Positions 51,247 through 64,000 of a DNA stretch of 64,000 bases are shown piece by piece. This DNA comes from Lama glama (lineage: Eukaryota): positions 89,840,001-89,904,000 of the forward strand of contig CM052817.1 of the NCBI GenBank assembly GCA_028534125.1, read 5' to 3'. Position numbers and translations under genes: made by a program. Every line of letters starts with the position of its first letter. Within the stretch, counting starts at the first letter, position 1. The notes under the pieces are model-generated. The model did not search any database. It saw only the letters and a list, made by a program, of their open reading frames with translations, and was not told the origin of the DNA.

Positions 51247-54200
51247 AAGTATTTTCTAACCATAAGTTTTCTGCAATACTGAAAATGGAGATGACAATCT
51301 TCCTCTTGAATATCTCTTGTAATTTGTTTTTCTTTTAATGGCCTTGTCTGATTCTCCACCTTTCTCATTTCTTAGTGTAGTTTGCTCATTCTAATTTTTC
51401 TACCTGTCCTTTTGATGTGGAAATTTCACATTATTTAGTTAGCAGATCTCTTTTCTTATAGTTCTTTAATACATCCTTTATGCAATTTAAGCTCACACAT
51501 CACTTACAGAAACACCTATTGTTCTGCTAAACCTCAAACTAATGTAGTAAATTATGTGCAGTCTCTACTGCTACCAATAGGCTGCTGAATACGTCTAGAT
51601 AAAATTACTTTATGTTGAAGGGTGCAAATTACATCTCTCCCAATCTCAGTTGTGCTCTCAGTTATTCCTTTCTGTCTTCAATCACTTGCCTATCTCATTC
51701 TCCAGAGCAAACATTCTGAACCTCTAAACACTCCTCAGGAAAATTCAGTTAATGTAAATTCCATGAGAAAAAGGACATATTAGCCATTCCATAAATATAT
51801 TTACTGAATGAAATAATGAATGACAACCTGTATTTTATTTACATAATTTAATCTATGTTTTTATTTAGTACCTCAAAAATATTTTCTTCTTTACATGTCT
51901 TACATAATAATAATAAACTATACATATTTATTCAATGATTCATGTATGCAGTAGGTAAATTTTGTATTATAAAATAGTCTATCCATTCTTCCCTGCATAT
52001 GTCAGTAAGCCTTAACTGAAATGCAGACTAATTACTACTGATAATTATTTCTTAGATGTATAAAATCTCCCTTTAGACCAGTATCAATATTTTTATAACC
52101 TAAACAGTATGAATGTAAGTAATCTAACATTACTTTTTCAAAAGAAAGTTACTGCTATTAAACTTAGAGTTAAGAAAGAAAGAAATAATTGTAACCATTT
52201 CTGAGCATTAAATAAAACAGTGAGTAATAATACTGTTCATTTGAAAGAACAATTTGTACCTGCATTTTTTCCTTTGGCTATATAAAGATATCTTTTTAAA
52301 AATTATACAATGATGATAATATTTACTAACTTAATAAACTATCCCAATTTTTAACTATAAAAGAGTATGATAAAATCTTCCTAAAAATTAGCTACAGTAA
52401 AACCAAATATTTTATACAATGCCATAACTTAAAAGACTTTTTCCAACTTATGATCAATACCATGTGATAATCAAGCTAGTGAAGTTATAGTTCTGTACTA
52501 TCAGTCTTCTCACCTGATTTTGAATTAACATGTTTGTTTTGCCTTAGCATTTTTATTCCTAAGGTTTACCTTTATAATTAACTCATGTTATAATTAAATC
52601 ATTTTTCTTCTTCTTAGCCATTCTTGGAACAGTACATTCTTATTATATTACAATCATTATCATTTTATTCAGTAGCCCCTTCTGCTGGTTTTATGCTGGT
52701 TCTAAGCTGATGCAAATATTCTGACTTTCAAGCCATTTCATTTCCCCTACTACTTTTCTGAATAAATTATTTGTACCTGCATGTATCTTGTCCTTTTTCT
52801 TCTTTTCCTAGCCCACTGAAATTAATTAAAAGAAAAATAGGCATTCTTTAAAATATTCTCTCTTTAATCAGTCTAACCTGGCTAGAGGGTGTCTGGTGGC
52901 TGAAGATTTGGTTCAGAGCTTCTTCTAAACAGTAAGTAAAGCTGAACCCCACAACGTGGCAACACCAGGATAGCTTCCCCTCAGGAAGCTTCACTCTAAT
53001 TGTTCTTTCTAGGAGGCTGGTTTATTCTTATACCATGAACTTCCTTGACTAAGTCTTCATAGAAACTCTTTTTGTTATTGACAAGTAAAGCAGTGAATTC
53101 AAGATGACAGAAGAATATACATATAAATATGTCACAATTTAGAACAAGAAAAACAAGTAATGACAAAAAGAAAAACATATTAAAATCAATATGCATGTCT
53201 CTATTTTAGGGAGTCTTTATTTCCTCTTATTTCACAGACATTCAGAAGAAAACTACTATCTGAGCTGTCTCACCTTAGATCTCCTACTCATTCATATTTC
53301 CATAAAATGCTGCATTTTTTCTTGGTCATTTTTGCATGTAATTAAGCAGGATGTACGTTACCAATATACTTGTACTATAAAGATTTATGTCTACCTCCCA
53401 GCCCCCATATTTACTTTCTAGGCCAACTTTGGTGAAATTTCACCTTGGCAGACTTATTCCAACGTTACTTTATCAATGAGAGAAGTTTGTTTAGACATAT
53501 AAATGGTCTTGAAAGCCCTAATATAAACTTACATTAATGTAAATTAAAATAATTAAAAGAATAAGCATGGGTCCAAATTCTACCTTAAGCATTTACTATT
53601 TGCATGAGTTTGCCAAATTAGTTGACTTCCCTAAACCTAAGATTCTACAAACTTCGTGGGATGCTTTCTATTGTGCAGCCTTGGAAGTAATATATGGCAG
53701 CCCAAGAAATAAAATTTAATATGTTGAATATGAAATGTAACACAGAACTCTTTATTGTTTCTTTTCAGATGGAGGGGAGGAAGGTTAAGTTATATAATCT
53801 ATGTAAGGTATTTAGAAGAGTATCTTCATCACAGCACTTTCCCAGTGATTAAGGGATATCAGTGTTAATAGTTTTTATCCTCCATCAACCTTTGCTGCAC
53901 AAATACTTTTAAAATATTTAAAACTTTAGTATACTATATCCCAGATAATTAATCCATTGTCTGCTGCCATTCATTTTAAGTACTTTGTCAGAAATAGCAT
54001 TAAAATTTGTCATGTAACCTATCTTAATGTCAAAAAAAATCAGAAATATACTCATTATGCAGTAGTTTGTAAAAACACATATTTTGCTATTATGTAACAA
54101 AATAAGCATATTGCAATATCTGTGGATCTATGAGTCTATAATTATTTACTTTATCTGACAATATCCTTATCCAGTAACACTTTATAGCATCAAAACCCTT

Positions 54201-55052
54201 TGGAACAGAGTATATACAGACACAATAGAAATCTGCTAAGCACTACTTCATTACTCTAAAATAATTCATCATAATTAATACATAATTTCAATAATTAACT
54301 TACCCTTGCTCTGCCTCAGTCTTGTCTTGAGTATTTTATGCTGGAGATGAAATGATATGCCCCATAGAGAAAACTTTTTACTGAAGACAAATTTAATTTG
54401 ATTAAAGAGAACAAAACTAGAAGAAAAGTCACAATGTAACCATTAGTGCGGAGTTGCCCAGTGTCCTTTGTGCTGGATAGTTGTCTTTCAGAAGTGTGAG
54501 ATTGAAAGGAGGTTTGGGGATTGCCTCTGATTTGTAGTATTTGTTCTGAATTGTCTGGAATTCTATTTGTTTTCTAGCCCAGTGCTGACATGGGGTTGAT
54601 GGCTGTAAGTGTCTTGTCATTGTCCCCACAGGATCCTTTTCCTTATCTGCTCTTGGCAGATTGTTACCACCATTTAAGGGAAGACTTCTCTACTGGTTTA
54701 TCAGCCTTATTTTCATAGCTTCTCATTTCCCAGTGTCAAAAAGTATTATGTGCATTAAAAAAATGTTCATTCATCCATGCCAGGCAATTGTAAGCAGAAT
54801 TATATTTTAAGTGATATAGCCAGCAAAACTGACCTTGGTAAGCCTCAAAGCTTGTCAGAAATATGACCGTTTCTTCCATTCAAGTTTTATTTACAGAATG
54901 CAAGAGCTGAGCTTAAAGGAAAGTGGACTCTTTTATGAGCAGAAGAGCACAAATATTTCTTAAATATCATGCACTGTGCCTTCTTCAGCAAATAACAGCC
55001 TGGCATTTTATTTGTACAAAGTGACTAGAGTCCAGTATTCTGTTGTGTCCTA

Positions 55053-55246
55053 CAGAGTTGATTTCCAGTATGTAGTCCCTGGAAGAGCAACAGCAGCATC
55101 ACCAGGGAACTTATTAGAAATTCAAATTCTCAGACTCCACCTCCTAGAATTCCAGGATCAGAAACTGGGGTGGAGCTCAAAATTTCAGTTGGTTTTAAAC
55201 AGTCCTCCTGGTGATTCTGAAGCTCAATCAAGTTTGAGAACCACTA
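55053..55246. mobile_element. MER5A-like hAT-Charlie MITE
   Basis: cagcagcatcaccagggaacttattagaaattcaaattctcag...ggtgattctgaagctcaatcaagtttgagaaccact. Confidence 0.85.
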
Positions 55247-55349
55247 GAGTAAGCAAGCTGTAAGCCGTATTTACAAGCAAGATGAGTTCATGTTTTTTAA
55301 TTGCCATTTATTTCTGCAACTTCCCTAGTCATGAAATTCATTATGTGAA

Positions 55350-55395
55350 AATTAGTTAATTAATTGATTGATTAATTAATTAATTAATTAATTAA
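55350..55395. repeat. (TTAA)n / (ATTA)n microsatellite
   Basis: attaattaattaattaattaattaa at 55371-55395 with degenerate upstream copies. Confidence 0.9.
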
Positions 55396-55543
55396 AGGTC
55401 ACTCAAAGCAGTGCTTGGAAGAAAACCAGAAAATGAAAGCTTATAAATTTGAATTCATCAATTCACACTGTTATTAAAAAAAAGAAGAAGAACAGTGAGG
55501 GTAGGGGTTAAGTAGGTAACTGAAATAAAAAATGCATACAGTA

Positions 55544-55608
55544 AACAGCAAAAGAAAACCATAGAGGGAGAACAGCAAAAGAAAACCATAGAGGGAGAAC
55601 AGCAAAAG
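55544..55608. repeat. 27-bp perfect tandem duplication (about 2.4 copies)
   Basis: AACAGCAAAAGAAAACCATAGAGGGAG at 55544 and 55571, partial at 55598. Confidence 0.95.
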
Positions 55609-57525
55609 TCAGAAAGGAAAGAACCCCAGTCCCAAATCTTGCAATAATCCCTTTGACTCAGTGTTACAAACAATTCCAATGATCTGTTACCAAACAAGGC
55701 AAGCATTCCAGACACACATGTTGGGAATTTACTCTACAGTGCAGCTTATGAAAACACTGAACCCATTTGCTGCCATAAAAAAACAAGTGTGTACTACCCA
55801 GAAATGTGTCGAGAAAATACTGCCAGATTGGGTAATAGCTTTATGAATAAGACTGGAAAGTAGAGGGCTCTATGGAGCTTAATAGTCAAGACAGGGAGTT
55901 GGAAAAAATGCATTTTTTCTTCAGTCATTCACGTAACAGCAGTTTTGTTTTAAAAGATTTCATGCTGAAACTAGAAATGCTCTGAAAAGAGAAACGGTGA
56001 GAATTCCCGTTTTGAAATGAGCTGAGTAGGAGTGAAAATATTGCCAAGTGGGCTGGCTGCATCTCAGGATCATTGTAAAAATAAGTTATGGTGAACTCAG
56101 GCCTAAGTCAAAGGCTACAACCACAGAGGGCAGCATAATGGCTGAGTGCTGAGGGTCACATTCCATTCCCATCGCTATGAAAATAGAAAGCAAATATGAA
56201 GAATGAAGCTTTGGTGTGCACAGAGAATGTCAGGCAGTTCAGTTACAGAATAGAAGGTTTGCTCTTTTCTCATCAAGAAAGGCTATATAAAACTGTATAT
56301 TTTTCTTCAAATCCATAAAACAGGCAACCTACTAACAATATCATGATAAATCCTTGCCCTGTGCAATTGTTTTTTATGGAAATAAATGCAAACAATTAGA
56401 GTGAATCACTTACAATAATAAAAACATTATTTCCTTGCAATATGTATTTTATAAGGCAGAAGTTCTTTTAATCTTGAATGGCCGAATTTTGAAAATAACT
56501 TTTAATTTGGAGAACAAACATAATATGACTTCCAAATAATAATCTTTAATGCATATTATACTTTTTCAAATCCTCAAACCTCACATAATACTTTCATTCT
56601 ATATACAGTTCATAGCCAGTTGGCTGTCTCAAAATAGTAATGTTTATTTAATATTTACATAATGTTAAAGCCTGTAATTTGCTATTAGCCACTGCATTTC
56701 CTACTTATTGATAATTTTCTCCATCAGTCTTTGAGGTTAACTTTCATTGTTTTATGAAGGCAATTTAGCTATGACTCTAAATAAAAGAAAAACACACACA
56801 GAACTCGGTGCTTGAATTCAAGCCGTCAATGACTAATTTCCTACTTTGAACCAAATCATTATAAATAATGGATCCTTTGGAGAATTATCCACTGGAGAAT
56901 AATTTTCTATACAAAAAAATCTTGAAAAATGATAGTATTTTAGGACCATAAAGAAATCTTACTGAAATATTGTCTAGTGTAATTCCCACTGCACAGGAAA
57001 GGAAGCTGAACTTCAAATTGCAGTAATTTGCCTATATCACATAGTGACAGAATTAAGAGCCAAATGGATTCCCAGCGGATTATAAACTCTTTGAGGGAAG
57101 AGCATTTTTTTTAATCCATTAAAGTATGCAGAGCACATATAATCACTAGGTAATTTTCATGAATGAAATATATTTTAGAGCTTTTTTCAAATTGAAAACT
57201 GGGGATGATATATGTATGTCAAAGACAAACATTTCATCTCCCTGAAATTTAAACTTCTCTAGTATGTAGGGATAATATCGTATTTATTGTGTCTCAGAAC
57301 AAAGCACAATATCTAGTACATAGTAAATGTTTAATAAAAAATGTTGAATTAGTGAATATAAAACAATATTTACATATTGGTTGTAGTAATTAATAGTTAC
57401 TATTTTATTATATTTATATTAATATTAAGTGGTTGAGTTAATGAATATAAACATATATTATATCCAGTATATCTAAAATATATCTCATTTTAAAAGAAAG
57501 CAAACTGCAAAAACAGACAACCAAA

Positions 57526-57856
57526 TGTGATAGTTTTACTTATCAACTTGGCAAGACCATAGTATCCAGTTATCTAATCAAACACTAAATGATATGTTGC
57601 TGTGAAGGTATTTTGTAGATGTAGCTCACCCCTACATCAGTTGATTTTAACTAAAGGATATTACTCTGAATAATATGAGTGGGCCTCATCCTGTCAGTTA
57701 AAAACCTCAAGAGCAAACATTGAGGTTTCTTGAAGAGGAAATTCTGCCTCAAGACTATAACATGGAAATTCTATCTGAGTTTCCAGCATGCCTGCCTACC
57801 TACAGATTTCAGAATTGCCAGCCTCCACAATTACATGAGCCTAGTCCTTAATATAT

Positions 57857-57902
<46 letters not shown>

Positions 57903-57974
57903 GAGAGAGAATATCTATATACCTATATCTATATATTACTGGTTCTGTTTCTCTAGAAAATTCTGACTGACACA
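57526..57974 (+). mobile_element. MLT2-type ERVL solo LTR with internal (TG)n
   Basis: tgtgatagtttt...tcaacttggc, gttgctgtgaaggtattttgtagatg, ending ctggttctgtttctctagaaaattctgactgacaca; (TG)n at about 57863-57899. Confidence 0.85.
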
Positions 57975-58727
57975 CTAGAGTTATCAATTCAACTTGGAAA
58001 ATACCTGGCACCTCCTGGTATGAGTTTTATTAGAAAATTACTGTCTTTCTTAATATTAGAGTATCTAATTCTTTACCAATACATGACCGAAAAAACAGAA
58101 AATAGTATTTTTCTGATTAGTTGGCCAAAAATGTGTATCTCATTTATTTATTTTCTCTTTCCTGAACAAAGCATTCAGACTCTCCGCCAGGGCTTTCTGT
58201 TAGGTCATAATTTTCATGAAGATATTAGGATCCTCTAAAAGCAAACACAGTTTAAATATTCCTGCTTTGTGGCCTGCTTTATTTTCAATTCCTTGAATGT
58301 AATTACTTACTTCTCTATTGTTTGGCTAAAACATGTCACAGATAAGAAAACAATGGTTTACAATATATTACACCCAAATTTTGAAACATCCTAAATTAAG
58401 TTATTTATGTTTTTTTTTAAAGAACAAATTTGCAAAAACCAGACACTTAAACTGATTAGTGTACCCTTGCTGAGTATGTGTTTTGAGAAGAGTTTAACTG
58501 AAACCATCTGTTGATGATTCATTCACTGTTGAATCATCTAAAACTTTTTTTATACCAATTTGTACCAATGTGCAACAAAATGCCTTCCAAACTTTCTGAA
58601 TTACCTTCTTCCACTGAAAAAAGAAAGTCAACCGAAAAAGCAAATAAAGAAATAAATGAATCAGTACAATTTTCTGCAATTGATATGATCATGTGAATTT
58701 CATTAGTCTGTTTTTTCCTTCCATGTG

Positions 58728-59760
58728 GTTTTATTTTTTTTTTCCAGCTTTATTGATATATAATTGACATATAGCCTTGTGTAAGTTTAAGGTGTACAAG
58801 TGTTGATTTGTTACATTTATAAATTACAAAATGATTATCACTATTATATTAGCTATCACTTCCATCTCATCATATACTTACCATTTCTTTTTTGTGATGA
58901 GAACATTTAAGAGCTACTCTTTTAGCAACATTCAAATGTACAATACTGTATTTTTAGCTGTAATGGCCATCATGTACATTAGGTCCCTAAACTTGTTAAT
59001 CTTATAACTGGAAATGTGTACTGTTTATAGACAGTATCTCCCCATTTCTTCTACCCTAGATCCTGGTAACCACCCCTCTACTATTTGTTTCTCTGAGTTT
59101 GTCTTTTTTAGATGCCACATATAAGTAATATCATACAGTACTTGCATTTCTCTGACTTATTTCACTTTATGTGATGTCCTCTGGGTCCATCCAAGTTGTC
59201 ACATGGCAGGATTTCCTTCTTTATCATGCCTGAATAATATTTCATTATATTACACTACATATATATGACATTTAGGTTGTTTCCCTATCTTGGCTATTGT
59301 GAATAATACTGCAATGAACAGGGGAATGCAGATAGCTCTACAAGATCCTGATCTCAATTCTTTTGAATTTATACCCAGAGTGGGTTTTCTGGATCATATG
59401 GTAGTTCTAGTTGTAATGTTTTAGAAACCTCCATATTGTTGTCTGTAGCGGTTGTATCAAATTATATTCCCACCAACAGTACACTAGGGTTTCCTTTTCT
59501 CAACACCCATGCCAACACATCTCTTGCCTATTTGATCATAGCCATTCTAACTTTATGAGGTCGATATCTTCTTATGGTTATAATTTGCATTTCCTTGACA
59601 ATTAGTGATGCTGAGTGATGATTAATGATGTTGAGCACCTTTTCATATACCTGTTGCCCATTTGTATGTCTTCTTTAGAAAACTATTCAGTTCCTCTGCC
59701 CATTTCCTAATTGTGTTTTAGATTTTTTGCTATTGAGTTGTATGTGTTCTGTATATTTTC
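58728..59760 (-). mobile_element. L1MA-like 3' end
   Basis: T-tail, ccagctttattgatatataattgaca, ttggctattgtgaataatactgcaatgaaca, tcccaccaacagt. Confidence 0.85.
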
Positions 59761-60024
59761 ATGGTGTGATTCCCAGTGCTGCAGCTCTCTGTGGCCATGG
59801 AGCAGCCAGAGCTGGAAGCAGCACTGGAAGGATACTGAAGCTTCATGGGACAGTGGGGGAAAAACTGAAGCTTCAGGGACACAGAGAAGGAAATCAAAGC
59901 CTAGGGAACAGCAATAAGGAAGTGGCAACAAAAGTACAGTTTTCAAAATTAAGGCCAGAAATAGAGTTTTTAGTAAAGTATTTGGTCAATAATTTGAGGT
60001 AGAGGACATTCATGTTTCTGTAAT

Positions 60025-60648
60025 AGATAGAACTAATAGAAAATCAGTAAGGATATAGAATACACAACACCATCAACCAACAAGATCTAATTAATATCTA
60101 CAGAACACTGCACTCAACAACAGCGAACATACAGATTTTAAGTGCACATGGAACATTCACCAAGGTAGACCATTTAGGGAATCATAAAGACCACCTCAAC
60201 AAATTGAAAAGAAGTAAAATAATACCAAGTATGTCCTTTAACTATAATGGAATTAAACTAGACTAATAACAAAAAGATAACAGAAAAAATTTGAAACATC
60301 TGGAAACTAAACAGTACAGTTCTAATTAATTACTGGGTCAAAAAGGATGTCTCAGGAAAAAAATAGAAAATACTGAGAATTGAATGAAAACAGTAATATA
60401 ATATATCAAAATTTGTGACCATAGCAGTCCTCAGAGAGAAAGCACTAAAGCAATGCTAAGGCAATGGAACAGCTAAACAATGCTGAAGGAGAAATTTATA
60501 AATGTTCTTATTAGAGAAGAAGAAAACTCTCAAATTAATAATCTAAACTTTCACTTTAAAAAAGTAAAATTTAAAAACTCTAAATAAATCTAAACCAAGG
60601 AGAAGGAAAGAAATAAAGAGCAGAAATCAATGAAATTGAAAACAGACC
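60025..60648 (+). mobile_element. Old L1 ORF2 (endonuclease region) fragment
   Basis: aaaatcagtaaggatatagaa, gtgcacatggaacattcaccaaggtagacc, gagcagaaatcaatgaaattgaaaacag. Confidence 0.85.
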
Positions 60649-63467
60649 ATTAGGATATACCTACATTTAGAAATGTGATAAGATGGTAAACCAGTGAAAG
60701 ACTCAAGAGTTATGAGAGTAGGAAAGAAAAAAAAAAGAGAAAGAGATAACTTTCTTTGGATTTTAGGGATAAGTTTAAAGAGGAATATGCTGGTCAGTAA
60801 TGTTAATACTGCAAAGATCCAGGAGGAAAATTAGAAGCAGTGGATTAAGTGTGATAATTAGGGAATCATTCCTGATTTTTAATATAATGATAAAATCAAA
60901 GTGGTGTAGAAGAGAGATTTTGATTATCTGAATAGCGAGTAAGAGATAAAGAGATGGGAATAATTTTGTTGACTTTCTTGAGGAGTGAGTGTGAGCTTTA
61001 TCAGGTGGCTGGATTAAAGAAAAGTGTTTTAGTATATATTCCAACTGACAATGATTGAAGGTCTTAGCAAAGAGCCACAGGGAAAGAGTAAATAGAAGAT
61101 GAATAATTAGAAGATGAAAGAACAGAAGGGGAAGTGTTCACTAGAACAAGATCAAGGGAATGTAGGTGTGATGGGTCACCAGAATAGGCTAGAGGTGTCA
61201 TGGCTGGGGAGGGTAAGATGACGTTAATTTGGAAAAGGGGAATGGCAGTTCATCCTTTGAAAAGAGAAGTGGTTAGCAAATCATGGACAATGAGCAGAGA
61301 AATTTTTACAAGGATGGATAGCAACCTTAAAGAAGTTCATATTAGATTGTTGCTACTTGTAAATTAAAAGGCAAGGTTAACTCACTGTTTTAGCAAGAGG
61401 GTCAGAATGGCCTTAGGGCCCTCAGAGTGGTGAAAATGCTACAATATGTGCAATTAGGACATGTATAAGGATTTATGTATGTATGAATAAAAAGAACCTT
61501 GTTTAGCACAGATGACCCAACTGAGGTTAGATGCAATGAATTTTAGTGAAACAAGGAAGCATGACTAAAGAATTTCTCAAAAATCTAGTGGTAAAATATC
61601 TCCACCATTTTCATGATACAAGAAGGAAACGATTGGAACCTGACAAGGGGATGGACTTTGGATATCAATTAATGGATACCTCAAATTTACAACTTTTCTA
61701 TGATAGTAATTGAGTTATTAAAGTAATAGGAGACACTTACTGTTCCTGAAAATCTTACATAATGCAAAAAATAGTTTAACACGACTTTCACTCATGTTAT
61801 AAGCTGCCATCTTAGTTCAGATCTCTTCATGTATTTTTATTTCTCTCCTGTATTTTCCTGGACTTCTTTATTTCCCGTTTTTCTCTTGTAGTTGTACTTG
61901 TCTCTTTATTCTGCCACCTCACTTTCTTTTTATCACAGTGTGCTTTCTCCCTCCTCTTATTCTTCTCTAACTCTCCCAGAAATCTATATTTTAGGTTATT
62001 TAAATAAGTCAGTATTTTCTCCATATTTTAAAAAGTTAAGGTCTCTAAGAAAAAAAATACTTATAAAGTATGATTTTAAAAATTAAGCAGTAATCTTTAA
62101 TATTATAGCAACCTAATTATACAACATTAATTTTTAACCCATGCTCAGGTTTTCTGTAAAAATTAATAAAAAGCTAAAAGCTTGTGAGCAGGACAAAACT
62201 ATCAAAATAATCAATAGGAATAAATGTCCTTTTCTCCATATTTGGTTATTACTTGGCCTGTCATTTTTATCATTTTTATCCACACCCATTAAATCTTAGA
62301 ATTTTTCAAAGAAAAGAAGAAAGCACTTTACTTGAATTTTCATTTTTAATCCCAAATGTTGTTAGCAATGCAATTAACAAAAAAGACAAAGAAATTCAGC
62401 TTTGCATATGAGCAGAGATAATTTCTTGAGCCACGATGTTCTACTAGATTTTCAGAAATATACTTTTGTCTAAGGCATGATGAATCTGATGGCAATAAGA
62501 ATCCATATCAGAACAATGTTAATACTTTGATTCACATTTTCAATTTAATTAAAATTCTTCCCTGTTTTAGATTGTTTTCCTTTCTATCTGAAGTTGAAGT
62601 TGAATCCCTTTGTATCCTCTGCCTGTGGGCTGAAACTGATTTATGTAGTTGCACTGGTAGACAGTTCAAAAACATGCTTTGAATAGTTTATTCCATTTTT
62701 GCTGTTTTAATTTAAATACATGCTTCAAAGATCAAGGGCAATCACCACCTGAGGCCAATAGGAAAATTGTACAAGGTTTCTTTCTAGTTCCCTCAGTAAT
62801 TGTGGCAGTACTAGACCTACTAACATGCCTAGTCTGAGTACTACATTTAAAGGCATATCTAACTGTTATGGAACAATTATAACTAGGAATGACATCAAAC
62901 AAAGCTGAAAAGCACAGCCTGTGAGACATATTCTTCATAGAAATGAGAGCTCAGGCTTCAAAAAGCTTGCTGAAACTCTCAGACTCACACTCAAGTTCAA
63001 TTGAAATGAAAATGCAAACATATTTTAATTTACAAACTGTATTGCCAGTTCTGCTGGTAGCAGAAAAGATTACAAAAATTAATTAAAAAGCAAAGAATCT
63101 GAAGGACATACCAGAGTATTAAATAGCATTCGCTTTATAATTCTATGTGTAAAAAAGGTATTTATTACTTAAACTCAAATCATAATCTTTGGAATCAAAT
63201 ATTTCTCCATGTTCAAAACATAATAATAAGAAATGTACAAAGATTGATAAACTGTTTAATATGGTAAGTCTGAGGTGTTAATTTTGCCTGTCATGGAATA
63301 TAGCAATTTGATATAAAATATATTTCTCAGGGGCCAATAATATTGCAGTTAATTATGGACTCTTTAATACACACACACAAACACACACATACTAAACAAA
63401 CGAACAGTTTTATTAGAGAACTACTCTACAAATTATATAGTGAATTCCCCTACATCAAGTCCTTTGT

Positions 63468-63995
63468 TTATTAACCCTTGTAGGGTTTCCCTGTGCCAAG
63501 AACTCTTTTAAGCACTTTATGAATGCAGGCATACCTTGGGGATATCACAGGTTCAAATTCCAGACAACCACAATAAACTGAATATTGCAATAAAGCAAGT
63601 AACATGATTTTCCAGTTTCCCAGTGCATATAAAATTTATGTTTACACCACACTGTAGTCTATTAAAGTGTGCAATAGCATTATGTCTAAAAAATGTACAT
63701 ACCTTAATTAAAAAATCCTTTATTGCTAAAAATTGCTAACCATTATCTGACAATGCAGGGTTGCTACCAACCTTCAATTTTTAAAAACTGTTATATCTGC
63801 AAGGTGCAATAAAATGAGGTATGCCTATACAAACATATTTAATGTTCATAAAAATCCTCAAGTTATGCACTATTAGTGCCACAGTTTTACGTAGGAGAAA
63901 ACTGAGGCACAGAGGGGTTGAGTAACTTGCTCAAGGTATCAAGTGTCAGAGCCAGATTGTAAAAAGCTAAGATAGACTCAAGCCCAAGCACTCTA
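63468..63995 (-). mobile_element. MIR SINE interrupted by a Tigger1 derivative
   Basis: ctgtgccaag...aagcacttt before the insertion and gaaaactgaggcacagaggggttgagtaacttgctcaaggt after it. Confidence 0.75.
63526..63827 (-). mobile_element. Tigger1-derived non-autonomous element (about 300 bp)
   Basis: Termini CAGGCATACCT... and ...AGGTATGCCTA; TA on the right flank, TG on the left; interior matches both Tigger1 ends with the transposase deleted. Confidence 0.9.
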
Positions 63996-64000
63996 CGCAG

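Noticed and set aside
50245..51368. Cluster of ORFs on both strands
   Set aside because: Explained by a truncated L1 and the 100-N gap
59707..60002. Three overlapping ORFs
   Set aside because: They span an L1 end and a GC-elevated, probably repeat-derived patch; no coherent protein signal

Overview
AT-rich, repeat-dense mammalian DNA with two assembly gaps (7554-8053, 500 N; 50370-50469, 100 N). The young L1 3' ends, a Tigger1 deletion derivative and the apparent absence of Alu, B1/B2, Bov-tA or PRE-type SINEs suggest a cetartiodactyl, most likely a camelid (inference from recalled repeat sequences, no search run). I recognise no host protein-coding gene; the only identifiable peptides in the ORF track are L1 ORF2 remnants. 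The window contains L1 fragments of several ages (one twin-primed 5' inversion, one possibly full-length copy with a candidate 3' transduction), L2 and MIR relics, solo and nested LTRs with TSDs, an ERV-internal-like block, and hAT/Tigger MITEs. The stand-out non-repeat feature is an isolated ~160-bp CpG island at 28458-28616, built from a perfect TCTCGCGAGA (BANP-type) palindrome, an NRF1-like site and a 16-bp tandem array of TCTCGCG half-sites, with splice donors on both flanks. It is a candidate orphan, possibly germline or bidirectional, promoter. Several candidate exons and micro-exons on both strands could belong to an unannotated transcript, but none can be confirmed from sequence alone. 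Repeat family names are from memory and their boundaries are approximate unless a TSD is quoted.
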